DNA from: Alkanindiges illinoisensis DSM 15370
Lineage (GTDB): Bacteria > Pseudomonadota > Gammaproteobacteria > Pseudomonadales > Moraxellaceae
Length of the DNA stretch: 32,000 nt
NCBI RefSeq assembly: GCF_000619845.1
Contig: NZ_JHUX01000003.1
Coordinates: 1-32,000 of the forward strand
Reading direction: 5' to 3'
The translations under genes and the position numbers were made by a program. The notes beneath the pieces are model-generated. The model searched no databases, was not told the DNA's origin, and saw only the letters and a list, made by a program, of their open reading frames with translations. This document shows positions 1 to 7,650 of the stretch, piece by piece; position 1 is the stretch's first letter, and each line of letters begins with the position of its first letter.

Positions 1-121
1 ATGCTTGATTCAAGATACTAGTGACAAATATCAGACTCCATTGATTCATGACTAAATCTTAAAGCTAGTCTTTAAGTACAGCATTGGGTACTTTGACCAT
101 AAGATCAAAGACCAACCAGTT
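1..121 (+). other. probable 23S-5S spacer at the 3' end of an rRNA operon
   Basis: Non-coding A+T-rich sequence directly upstream of a recognisable 5S rRNA, with no ORF. The first ~10 nt could still be the extreme 3' end of 23S, but I cannot confirm that. Confidence 0.4.
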
Positions 122-239
122 GTGCTGGCGACCATAGCACGTGTGAACCACCTGATCCCTTCCCGAACTCAGAAGTGAAACCACGTTGCGCCAATGGTAG
201 TGTGGCATTCGCCATGTGAGAGTAGGGCATCGCCAGCTC
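122..239 (+). rRNA. rrf: 5S ribosomal RNA
   Basis: Recognised by eye: GCTGGCGACCATAGC...CCTGATCCCTTCCCGAACTCAGAAGTGAAAC...GGTAGTGTGG...CCATGTGAGAGTAGGGCATCGCCAGC. The 5' GCTGGCG pairs with the 3' CGCCAGC (helix I). Ends are +/- 3 nt. Confidence 0.93.
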
Positions 240-250
240 ATTATTCCTAA
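231..250. repeat. copy 1 of a 20-bp direct repeat (5S 3' end plus trailer)
   Basis: CGCCAGCTCATTATTCCTAA occurs identically at 231-250 and 315-334. Confidence 0.9.
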
Positions 251-282
251 GGGGATCAGTTCAAGACTGATCCCCTTTTTTA
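251..282 (+). terminator. rho-independent terminator of the rRNA operon
   Basis: Perfect 10-bp stem GGGGATCAGT (251-260) / ACTGATCCCC (266-275), 5-nt loop, then a T-run at 276-281. Confidence 0.85.
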
Positions 283-314
283 TTTAGGGGTCGTGACCTA
301 CACCTGCGCTGCAG

Positions 315-334
315 CGCCAGCTCATTATTCCTAA
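315..334. repeat. copy 2 of a 20-bp direct repeat (5S 3' end plus trailer)
   Basis: Identical 20-mer to 231-250, located 84 bp downstream and past the rrn terminator. Confidence 0.9.
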
Positions 335-434
335 AAGGAACCATTATCAATACCATACCCCACTATGTTTCTAAATGTTTTGGATTACCTTTGAGTTGCT
401 GGGGCTATTTATTGCCTGTAATGTAATGATTGAG

Positions 435-465
435 TAAAAAAGCCCGCTAAAACAATTAGCAGGCT
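435..465 (-). terminator. minus-strand intrinsic terminator, now separated from its gene by the IS
   Basis: Read on the minus strand: AGCCTGCT-loop-AGCGGGCT (7 of 8 pairs) followed by TTTTTT (complement of the A-run at 436-441). It lies 2-3 bp outside the IS left end. Confidence 0.5.
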
Positions 466-468
466 CTA

Positions 469-1295
469 GGGGGTGTCATCAATTAAGCCAAATGATTGTT
501 GAGGCAAGATAGATAGCTGATAGGAAGTGTTGAGCCAGCTTATCGTAGCGTGTGGCAATGCCCCGGTACTGCTTGAGCCTGGCAAAGAAATTCTCAATCA
601 GATGTCTTGCCTTGTATAGGTGTCGGTCATACTCACGTGGTGCTTTACAGTTACTTTTACCTAGCATCACCACTTTACCATTGTTGCTATTGATTGGATC
701 AATCACCCTGTCTTTGGAATTATAAGCTTTATCCATAAGCCATGTTGAGCTTAACGATACATCAAGTAGTTAATCCGCACCGTTTAAATCATGACTCTGC
801 CCAGCGGTGAGATGAAATCCTGTGGGGTTACCTAATGCATCAATACGGGCATGAATCTTAGCGCTCAATCCGCCTTTGCTGCGTTCAATCGCTTGATCGC
901 CCTTTTTCCTGCACTATGCTGATGAGCACGTACAATCGTTGAGTCAAGCAGAGCATATTCATTGTCCCTGTCACTGGACAAGACCTCAAATATCCTTTGC
1001 CATATCCCTGATCTAGCCCAGCGGCTAAATCGGGTATGCACAACGCGAAAATCACCGAACCGTCCAGGCAAATCACGCCAGGGAATACCAGCACGATATG
1101 AGCAGCACTGCTGCGCAAGAGAGTACAGCTTCTACAAATAAGCGGTTATCTTTAGCAGTTACCCCAACTGTATTGGCACGGCCGGGCAGCAGGTCTTTGA
1201 TGCGATCCCACTGATCATCGCGTAATGCATAGCGTCTAGTCATACACGAGTTATAGAGTCATTACTTATCTTTTCAACTAATTGATGACATGCCC
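469..1295 (-). mobile_element. IS5-family insertion sequence (IS427-group-like size and ends), decayed
   Basis: Terminal inverted repeats GGGGGTGTCATCAATTA (469-485) and the reverse complement of 1279-1295, GGGCATGTCATCAATTA (15 of 17 match). Flanking TA at 467-468 and 1296-1297 reconstructs a CTAG target. The interior encodes a DDE transposase in pieces. Confidence 0.8.
479..1243 (-). pseudogene. IS5-family DDE transposase, disrupted by two frameshifts and one in-frame stop
   Basis: ATG at 1243 gives [22 protein letters not shown]..., which stops at 1073-1075. The protein continues in another frame ([26 protein letters not shown]...AHQHSAG). A second shift at a GGAAAAAGGG run near 905 restores ...KGGLSAKIHARIDALGNPTGFHLTAGQSHDLNGAD. 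A TAA at 770-772 precedes the C-terminal part MDKAYNS...ATRYDKLAQHFLSAIYLASTIIWLN. Confidence 0.8.
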
Positions 1296-1374
1296 TAGAT
1301 TAAACAAGACTCTATAAGAATTATGCCTAAGCTTGAAAAGACCAGCTATTTATGAGCGGGTTTATTTTTATAAT

Positions 1375-1938
1375 TTAAATATTAAATTGTTGAAGTGTTT
1401 GAGCAAAATTTTGTCCAAATATTTGGGCAGTTTTAATATCACCCATTGCGAAACTTTCAGCCGAGGAATTATGTTCTGTCTGTGCCATTAGACCTGACCA
1501 TGATCCCAAGCGATTAGCTGCTTCTTCATAAGGAACGCCGTTGTGCTGTTCAGGAAGTATTGGATTGCCTAGCCAGATCATGCCGTGCTGCATAGAAAAA
1601 ACGAATAGTGATAGTAAGGTAGATTGTTTATCGCCTGCTGGCAGAGAGGAAACCGTAAATGCAGCTGCCAATTTACCCTTAAATTGCTGCATTCGCCAAA
1701 TTTTACCTGTGCTGTCCATAAAATTTTTAAAGGAACCTGATACACCTCCTAAATAAGTAGGGGAACCCCAAATAATGCCGTCGAATTCAACCAACTGTTC
1801 CGGTTGATCATATAGCTCAACTGCATTAAGTAAGCTCACTTCAATGTTATCGATTTTCTGGATACTTTCCCTGATACAGCGTGCGATATGTTCAGTATGA
1901 CCGTGAGCACTATGGTAGACAATCGCGATTTTTTTCAT
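1375..1938 (-). CDS. flavodoxin-fold NAD(P)H:quinone oxidoreductase-like protein (WrbA-like)
   Basis: N-terminus MKKIAIVYHSAHGHTEHIA and GIIWGSPTYLGGVSG are typical of the flavodoxin/WrbA FMN-binding family. AGGAAA SD lies upstream. Confidence 0.75.
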   Translation of the reverse strand: MKKIAIVYHSAHGHTEHIARCIRESIQKIDNIEVSLLNAVELYDQPEQLVEFDGIIWGSPTYLGGVSGSFKNFMDSTGKIWRMQQFKGKLAAAFTVSSLPAGDKQSTLLSLFVFSMQHGMIWLGNPILPEQHNGVPYEEAANRLGSWSGLMAQTEHNSSAESFAMGDIKTAQIFGQNFAQTLQQFNI

Positions 1939-1994
1939 AAGTTTATTTTCCTGTTATTAGTTGTATAGGAATACTGTAGTGTTAAATCTAGAGA

Positions 1995-2489
1995 TTAATG
2001 GGAAGCATTGACTAACCAGGCGCTCATGTATAAACCGCCACCAAATACCAGATGATTAATTATGCTTTTTAAGCAATTGCGTAGAGGTGTTGGGGTGTTG
2101 CGAGAGGCTAGGCCTGCCCCCATAGCAGGTTGCAGGACAAGAAGTGGGGCCGTAACAGTGATTAGTCCGACCAAGAGTGCAGGTAATAGAGTTGGTGAAT
2201 AAAGCCAGGCTGTTCCTGTTATAAGGATTAATAAAATGGAAAATAAGATACCAATGGCATAATGCGTACACCAGCCTAATGCCAGCTCACCCTGAATAGG
2301 CGCAGTTTTACTGATGGCTGGATGAAACCATTGGCCTTTAACAGCATGTCCAACCCAGCGTCCTAAAAATGCAAAGTTAAGGGTAGGAATATTGAGTTTT
2401 TTGAGCAAAATAAGCCATAGGTCCATGATTGCAGTTGCACCAACTCCCACAATAATGATGCGAGCGATGGTGTTGATAGAAAGTTCCAT
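1995..2489 (-). CDS. DUF2938-type integral membrane protein
   Basis: Multi-TM protein MELSINTIARIIIVGVGATAIMDLW...GRWVGH, which I recognise as DUF2938-like. I chose the ATG at 2489, preceded by a GGAGG SD (2494-2499), rather than the track start at 2549. Confidence 0.7.
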   Translation of the reverse strand: MELSINTIARIIIVGVGATAIMDLWLILLKKLNIPTLNFAFLGRWVGHAVKGQWFHPAISKTAPIQGELALGWCTHYAIGILFSILLILITGTAWLYSPTLLPALLVGLITVTAPLLVLQPAMGAGLASRNTPTPLRNCLKSIINHLVFGGGLYMSAWLVNASH

Positions 2490-2534
2490 ATTGCCTCCTG
2501 AATAGATCCATTGAAAAAACATCAATCTTGAATC

Positions 2535-2565
2535 ACTATACGAGTTCAAGTTAACTTGAGGTCAA
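2535..2565 (-). promoter_or_regulatory. MerR-type promoter: TTGACC - 19 bp - TATAGT with a 14-bp palindrome in the spacer
   Basis: Minus strand: -35 TTGACC (2565-2560), 19-bp spacer (2559-2541), -10 TATAGT (2540-2535). Perfect palindrome TCAAGTTAACTTGA at 2546-2559. It lies between the divergent MerR gene and the DUF2938 gene. Confidence 0.6.
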
Positions 2566-2574
2566 GGGCTTTTA

Positions 2575-3006
2575 ATGGATATTTCAGAAGTGGTAAAACG
2601 CTCAGGCGTACCTGCATCGACATTGCGGTTTTATGAGGAGAAAGGGCTTATTGCTTCTATTGGACGACAAGGTTTAAAACGCCGATTTGCACCTTATGTA
2701 TTGGATCAACTGGCGTTGATTGCATTGGGAAGGCTGGCTGGATTTAGCCTGGATGAAATTGCTGCCATGTTTACCAGTGATGGCCAACTCAATATTAACC
2801 GCCAGACCTTACTTGGCAAAGCCAATGAAATTGACCAGATGGTAAAGCGTTTACAAGCCATGAGTGAAGGTTTGAAACACGCTGCGGTATGCCCGGCAAC
2901 CACGCATATGGAATGTCTAACCTTTCAGGGCTTGTTGAAAGATGCTTCAAGCGGTTTGCTGTCTAAGCGAGACAAGACAATAGTTTCGGTTAAGCAAGGT
3001 AAGTAG
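2575..3006 (+). CDS. MerR-family transcriptional regulator
   Basis: N-terminal HTH MDISEVVKRSGVPASTLRFYEEKGLI and a coiled-coil dimerisation helix. The C-terminal VCPATTHMEC motif is of unknown ligand type. Confidence 0.85.
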   Translation: MDISEVVKRSGVPASTLRFYEEKGLIASIGRQGLKRRFAPYVLDQLALIALGRLAGFSLDEIAAMFTSDGQLNINRQTLLGKANEIDQMVKRLQAMSEGLKHAAVCPATTHMECLTFQGLLKDASSGLLSKRDKTIVSVKQGK

Positions 3007-3076
3007 GCGTTATGCCTTTATACTGAAAGCAAGATATTCAAGGGGCTGAAATTTGAATACCTTGCTGATAGGCGAT

Positions 3077-3913
3077 TTAAACCTGAGCGTCAACAATCCA
3101 GACAATATCTCCTAAATGATTTTGCTCTTCAGGATGCTCAAAATTGGATGCTTGGCGGATATGGGTTTTTTTGAAGCCATGCATTTTAAAAAATTCTGCA
3201 GCTTCCTGCGGGCTGGTAAAGTAAAACTGAAACTCGCTTTTGGACAGGAATTTTAACAGTTTGCTACTGTGCCAGATCACTTTTGCCAGCCGATGCGTTG
3301 GCTCGGGATACAGATCGCTAATAAAATAACCATTTGGAAACTGCTGAAAACCAGTACTTAAAATCTGGCTTAATTGTCCAATTAAATCCTTTGAAAAGTA
3401 ATTAATCAGGCCTTCACTCAGCACAGCAATGGGGCGGCTATGGTCAAGATCCTGCTTTAAAATCTGCTGAAACTGTTCACTAAAAATATCACAGCCATAC
3501 ACTTTGGCATCTGGGTCAATGGGCTGAAGAGCTTCCCGTTTGGTTGTAGCCATAGCTGGTAAATCTACTTCGATATAACTAATTGCCGGGTATTTTTGAC
3601 GAAAGCGCCAGCCACGTGGTGATAGCCCGGCAGCTATCTCGATAATCTGGAGGTCAGGATGCTGGGCAATCAGTTGCTCGAGACGCTGGTCAATCAGGCG
3701 ATGGCGTAATTTTAAGGTAGAGCGAACGCTGTGACCCACAAATTTTTCTGCGAGGGTTTCAAACGGATGCAGCAGGGTAGCCAGTTGCTTGCCTTTTGCG
3801 GTGGCAAGGCGTTCATGAGAAATGCCCAGCAAATACCAGATATAGCCCGTGTAATGGGCGGTAAACGAGATATGGCGATGAGGCGATAAGTCCTGTGTTG
3901 TTTTGGTGTTCAT
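3077..3913 (-). CDS. class I SAM-dependent methyltransferase (leucine carboxyl / TcmP-like O-methyltransferase family)
   Basis: Motif I IIEIAAGLSPRG and overall family resemblance. I chose the ATG at 3913 with an AAGGAGGG SD; the longer track ORF would overlap nagZ. Confidence 0.7.
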   Translation of the reverse strand: MNTKTTQDLSPHRHISFTAHYTGYIWYLLGISHERLATAKGKQLATLLHPFETLAEKFVGHSVRSTLKLRHRLIDQRLEQLIAQHPDLQIIEIAAGLSPRGWRFRQKYPAISYIEVDLPAMATTKREALQPIDPDAKVYGCDIFSEQFQQILKQDLDHSRPIAVLSEGLINYFSKDLIGQLSQILSTGFQQFPNGYFISDLYPEPTHRLAKVIWHSSKLLKFLSKSEFQFYFTSPQEAAEFFKMHGFKKTHIRQASNFEHPEEQNHLGDIVWIVDAQV

Positions 3914-3986
3914 GTCTGACCCTCCTTTGGTCAATTTTTCATTTAAAAATTTGTTTAAGCCATAGTTTATATGGCTAATAAATTGC

Positions 3987-5000
3987 TTATGTGAGTAGCG
4001 GCTCAATCAGTGTTTTAATTGCCTGCCATTGCTGTCCTAAATCCAGTGTTTCAGCAATTGTTATGGCTGGAATCTTGCCGCGCATTTTTTCCAGACGTTG
4101 CTGATTGGGCAGCGGCATATCTTGTAGTGCATTTAAGGCATTTAATGCGGCAGCCCGGTCATTGCAGACCAGCCCCATATCACAACCGGCAGCCAGCGCA
4201 GCCTTGATGCGTGCGTCTGCGCCACCAGCCACACAGGCCGCCTGCATCGACAGGTCATCAGAAAATAACACGCCATCAAAACCCAGTTTCTGGCGAATAA
4301 TGGTTTGCAGCCAGAAAGGCGAAAAGCCCGCCGGATTCGGGTCAACCTGATCATAAATCACATGCGCTGGCATGAGGGCATCCAGCTGATCTTTAAGTTG
4401 AATAAAAGGCTGCATGTCATTGCGTTCAATATCAGCTAGCGTGCGGTGATCAACCGGTGCTGCAATGTGGGAATCTGCTTCAACTGAGCCGTGCCCCGGG
4501 AAATGCTTGCCTGTAGTGGCCATGCCAGCGCGATGCATGCCTTGCATAAAGGCAGAAGCCAGCGCTATCACCTGAGTTGTACTGGAATGAAAGCCACGGT
4601 CACCAATCACCTGACTAATGCCATCCAGATCCAGCACGGGAGCAAAGCTAAAATCAATACCAACCGCTAGTACTTCACTAGCCATGAGCCAGCCGCACTG
4701 TTCAGCCAGTATCAGCGCCTGTTCCGGTTCTTTTTCATAAAGATGGCCAAAGGCACGCATGGATGGCAGGCGACTAAAACCGGCACGCAAGCGTTGTACA
4801 CGGCCTCCTTCCTGATCCACGGCAATCAGTAATTCCGGACGGATATTACGGATGCTATCGGTGAGCGCACGCACTTGCTGTGGACTGTGGATATTGCGGC
4901 CAAACAGGATAATGCCACCCACTTGAGGTTCGGTTAAAAGCCTTTGATCCTCCACAGTGAGGGAGGTTCCTTCAATATCCAGCATCAATGCGCCAATCAT
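3987..5000 (-). CDS. nagZ: beta-N-acetylhexosaminidase (peptidoglycan recycling)
   Basis: MIGALMLDIEGTSLTVEDQRLLTEPQVGGIILFGRN aligns with the E. coli NagZ N-terminus, and the GH3 motif KHFPGHG is present. The start at 5000 was chosen by homology to the NagZ N-terminus (the alternative is 4985). Confidence 0.9.
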   Translation of the reverse strand: MIGALMLDIEGTSLTVEDQRLLTEPQVGGIILFGRNIHSPQQVRALTDSIRNIRPELLIAVDQEGGRVQRLRAGFSRLPSMRAFGHLYEKEPEQALILAEQCGWLMASEVLAVGIDFSFAPVLDLDGISQVIGDRGFHSSTTQVIALASAFMQGMHRAGMATTGKHFPGHGSVEADSHIAAPVDHRTLADIERNDMQPFIQLKDQLDALMPAHVIYDQVDPNPAGFSPFWLQTIIRQKLGFDGVLFSDDLSMQAACVAGGADARIKAALAAGCDMGLVCNDRAAALNALNALQDMPLPNQQRLEKMRGKIPAITIAETLDLGQQWQAIKTLIEPLLT

Positions 5001-5213
5001 GCAACAAATATCCAATAAATCTGATGGGGGAGACAATACCGCATTTATAATCAGTTTTGCTACATTGTATAGCTGGAATTTGATGGTATGCTGCAACTAT
5101 CTGGGAATAGATAGTGCTGAACAATACAGTAAGTTTATTGATGGAAAAATATTCGGTGGGTTGAACGCTGCAAGCAAAATGCTGTAAAAGTCGGTATACA
5201 ACAATCGGGTCAT

Positions 5214-7472
5214 GTGATTAGGAAACCCAAGCGTCTTATGAAATTACAAACTTTAGCCTGTGCCGTAGCCTTGATGACAGGCGGTCTTTTTTTCTCTCAC
5301 ACAGTGAATGAAGCCATTGCGGCTACGACTGTCAACCAGCAGGTGACGCTGGCACCTACACGAGAGCAATCGCTGGTTACCCGGCAAGTTGCAACACTGG
5401 TAGATCGCCAGCATTATTTAAACATGCGTCTGGATGCTGATGTATCGCGCCGCGTGCTGGCTATGTATATTGATTCACTGGACCCGGACCACACCCTGTT
5501 TTTACAGTCTGATATTGATGAATTCAATAAGAAATACGCATCAAGTCTGGGCACGTCGCTTAAAACTGGTGATCTGGCCCCTGCATTTAATATTTATGAC
5601 CGTTATCGCACACGCCTGAACAGTTTTTATCAATTTGCTATGCAGCAACTGGACAAGAACCAGAACTTGCACCGTAATGATTTTATTGAACTGGACCGTG
5701 AAAAAGCTCCATTTTTTAATAGCAAGCGTGACCAGCAGGAACATTGGCAAAAAATGCTGGTGTCACAGCTCATCAATCTAAACATTAATAAAGAAGAAGA
5801 AGCGGCCAAGCAGCAGGCGTTAAAAGCAAATCCTGCGCTAGCTGCCGGTCAGGACTTGACCCCACCGGAAGACTTGACTCCAGTTGAAACACTAAAAAAA
5901 CGCTATCGTCGCCAGATGGAGCAGCAAACCCGGATTAAGAGTGACCGCGTGCTGGAGAAAATCCTGAATGCAACACTGGCAACCTATGATCCGCACAGCA
6001 ACTACTATGCGCCCATTGAGGCCATGGAGCTAAACCGGCAGACCACACTAGCGCTGGAAGGTATTGGGGTGTCTATTCGTCCTGAGCGCGGTAATGAAGA
6101 CTATACCCGGATTGAAACCATTGTTGACGGCGGACCAGCCAGCAAGTCTGGACAGGTAAAATCTGGTGACCGGATTATTGGCGTAGGTCAGGAAGGTGAG
6201 CCAATTGTTGATGTGATTGGCTGGCCAAGTGGCGAAATTGTTGGTTTGATTCGTGGTAAGCGAGGCACCAAAGTGACCTTGCGCTTATTGGCCACTGGCG
6301 CAGCAGCCAATCAGGCGCGGGTAGTGACTTTAACGCGTGATGTAATTCAGGAAGAAGATTCCGGCGTTCGTTCACGTGTGGTGAATGTGAAGCGCAATGA
6401 TGGCGAGCACAAGATTGGGGTTATTGAGATTCCATCGTTTTACCTGAACTACCGGGCCCGCCGTGAAGGTAATAGTTACCGGAGTGTCAGTGTAGACACG
6501 CAAAAGGCACTGGTTTCACTACAAGCCCAAAATGTTGAAGGTGTGGTAGTAGATTTACGCAATAATCCGGGTGGATCGCTGGAAGAAGTCGCGCGTATGC
6601 TGGGCCAGTTTGTTAAAGACGGGCCTGTGGTTCAAATTCGTGATGGTAATGGCAATGTCAACGTGTTCCGTGACGAAGATGGCGGTGAACAGATTTATAG
6701 CGGTCCATTGGCGGTTATTATAAATCTGGCATCCGCTTCAGCCAGTGAGATTTTCTCGGCAGCCATTCAGGACTACCAGCGTGGTATTGTGATTGGCAGC
6801 ACTACTACAGGTAAAGGCACTGCACAGGTTCAACTGGATAGTCTGGCTTATGGTCAGGCAACATTAACCCAGCGCAAGTTTTACCGGATTACTGGCGGTA
6901 GCACCCAGAACAAGGGCGTAGTACCTGATGTGCCATTGATCAATATCTATGATGAAGATCTGGGTGAGCGCAAGGCCAAAAATGCGCTGAAATGGGATAC
7001 TATCCAGACTGCGCCGTATAAGCGTGAAGGCGTAGTTACCCCGTTTGTTCCGCAAGTGACAACTTGGTCAACCCAACGTACCAACGCTGAGCCGCAGTTT
7101 GTTTATCTTAGTGCGCTAAAAAGCATTGCTGAGAAAACCAAGGACAAAAAGCAGTCTTCCTTGAACATTGATGTGCGCAAACGTGAAATCAAGGATCTGG
7201 AGGCAGAAACCCTGCGTGCTGAAAATGTACGCCGTACGGCTACAGGTTTACAGCCTTATGCCAATTGGGAAAGCTATCAGGCAGCACTGGATGCCCGTTC
7301 TGAGTCACGTGCCAAGATGAAAGCTGCCCAACGTCCACCATTGCCAGAGGATGAAGCCTTTGTTACTGAATCAGCCAATATTCTGATGGATATGGTGGGT
7401 TTGCAAAAAGCGCATCCAGATGCCAAAGTTAGCGACCCAAGCATCACTGTGCCTCAAAAGCCTGTGTCATAA
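5214..7472 (+). CDS. prc: tail-specific (C-terminal processing) protease, S41 family
   Basis: Signal peptide, PDZ segment (GIGVSI...VDGGPASKSGQVKSGDRIIGV) and S41 catalytic region (ASASASEIFSAAIQDYQRGIVIGSTTTGKGT). The true start may be the ATG at 5238 (MKLQTLAC...). Confidence 0.9.
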   Translation: MIRKPKRLMKLQTLACAVALMTGGLFFSHTVNEAIAATTVNQQVTLAPTREQSLVTRQVATLVDRQHYLNMRLDADVSRRVLAMYIDSLDPDHTLFLQSDIDEFNKKYASSLGTSLKTGDLAPAFNIYDRYRTRLNSFYQFAMQQLDKNQNLHRNDFIELDREKAPFFNSKRDQQEHWQKMLVSQLINLNINKEEEAAKQQALKANPALAAGQDLTPPEDLTPVETLKKRYRRQMEQQTRIKSDRVLEKILNATLATYDPHSNYYAPIEAMELNRQTTLALEGIGVSIRPERGNEDYTRIETIVDGGPASKSGQVKSGDRIIGVGQEGEPIVDVIGWPSGEIVGLIRGKRGTKVTLRLLATGAAANQARVVTLTRDVIQEEDSGVRSRVVNVKRNDGEHKIGVIEIPSFYLNYRARREGNSYRSVSVDTQKALVSLQAQNVEGVVVDLRNNPGGSLEEVARMLGQFVKDGPVVQIRDGNGNVNVFRDEDGGEQIYSGPLAVIINLASASASEIFSAAIQDYQRGIVIGSTTTGKGTAQVQLDSLAYGQATLTQRKFYRITGGSTQNKGVVPDVPLINIYDEDLGERKAKNALKWDTIQTAPYKREGVVTPFVPQVTTWSTQRTNAEPQFVYLSALKSIAEKTKDKKQSSLNIDVRKREIKDLEAETLRAENVRRTATGLQPYANWESYQAALDARSESRAKMKAAQRPPLPEDEAFVTESANILMDMVGLQKAHPDAKVSDPSITVPQKPVS

Positions 7473-7496
7473 GACAGGTGATGAAAAGAATGAGAT

Positions 7497-7526
7497 AAAA
7501 AAGCATGCGTTGGCATGCTTTTTTAT
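7497..7526 (+). terminator. rho-independent terminator after prc
   Basis: AAGCATGC (7501-7508) / GCATGCTT (7513-7520), 4-nt loop, followed by a T-run. Confidence 0.75.
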
Positions 7527-7574
7527 GTGTGGTAGTTTTATGAAAAAAGATTCAAAGAAAGATAATTCATTAAA

Positions 7575-7607
7575 ATGTCATAAAGTGGTCACTTATTGGT
7601 CAATTAA
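7575..7607 (+). promoter_or_regulatory. candidate PhoB-type site: three 11-bp-phased direct repeats
   Basis: ATGTCATAAAG TGGTCACTTAT TGGTCAATTAA, with GTCA cores starting at 7577, 7588 and 7599. The first 18 bp match the E. coli Pho-box consensus at 14 of 18 positions by my count. A TTTAGT -10-like hexamer lies at 7612-7617. Confidence 0.35.
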
Positions 7608-7650
7608 CCAGTTTAGTGTGGGGTGAACCCAAAGATAAAGAAGAATAGAG

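Noticed and set aside
885-1118. 77-aa ORF inside the IS element in a third frame.
   Set aside because: It is an alternative frame of the degraded transposase region. Its translation has no transposase similarity, whereas the other two frames reconstruct a typical IS5-family protein.
7540-7626. Small ORF MKKDSKKDNSLKCHKVVTYWSINQFSVG between the prc terminator and the GT4 gene.
   Set aside because: It has no SD and a low-complexity Lys-rich start, and it overlaps the Pho-box-like repeats, which explain the region better. There is no support for translation.
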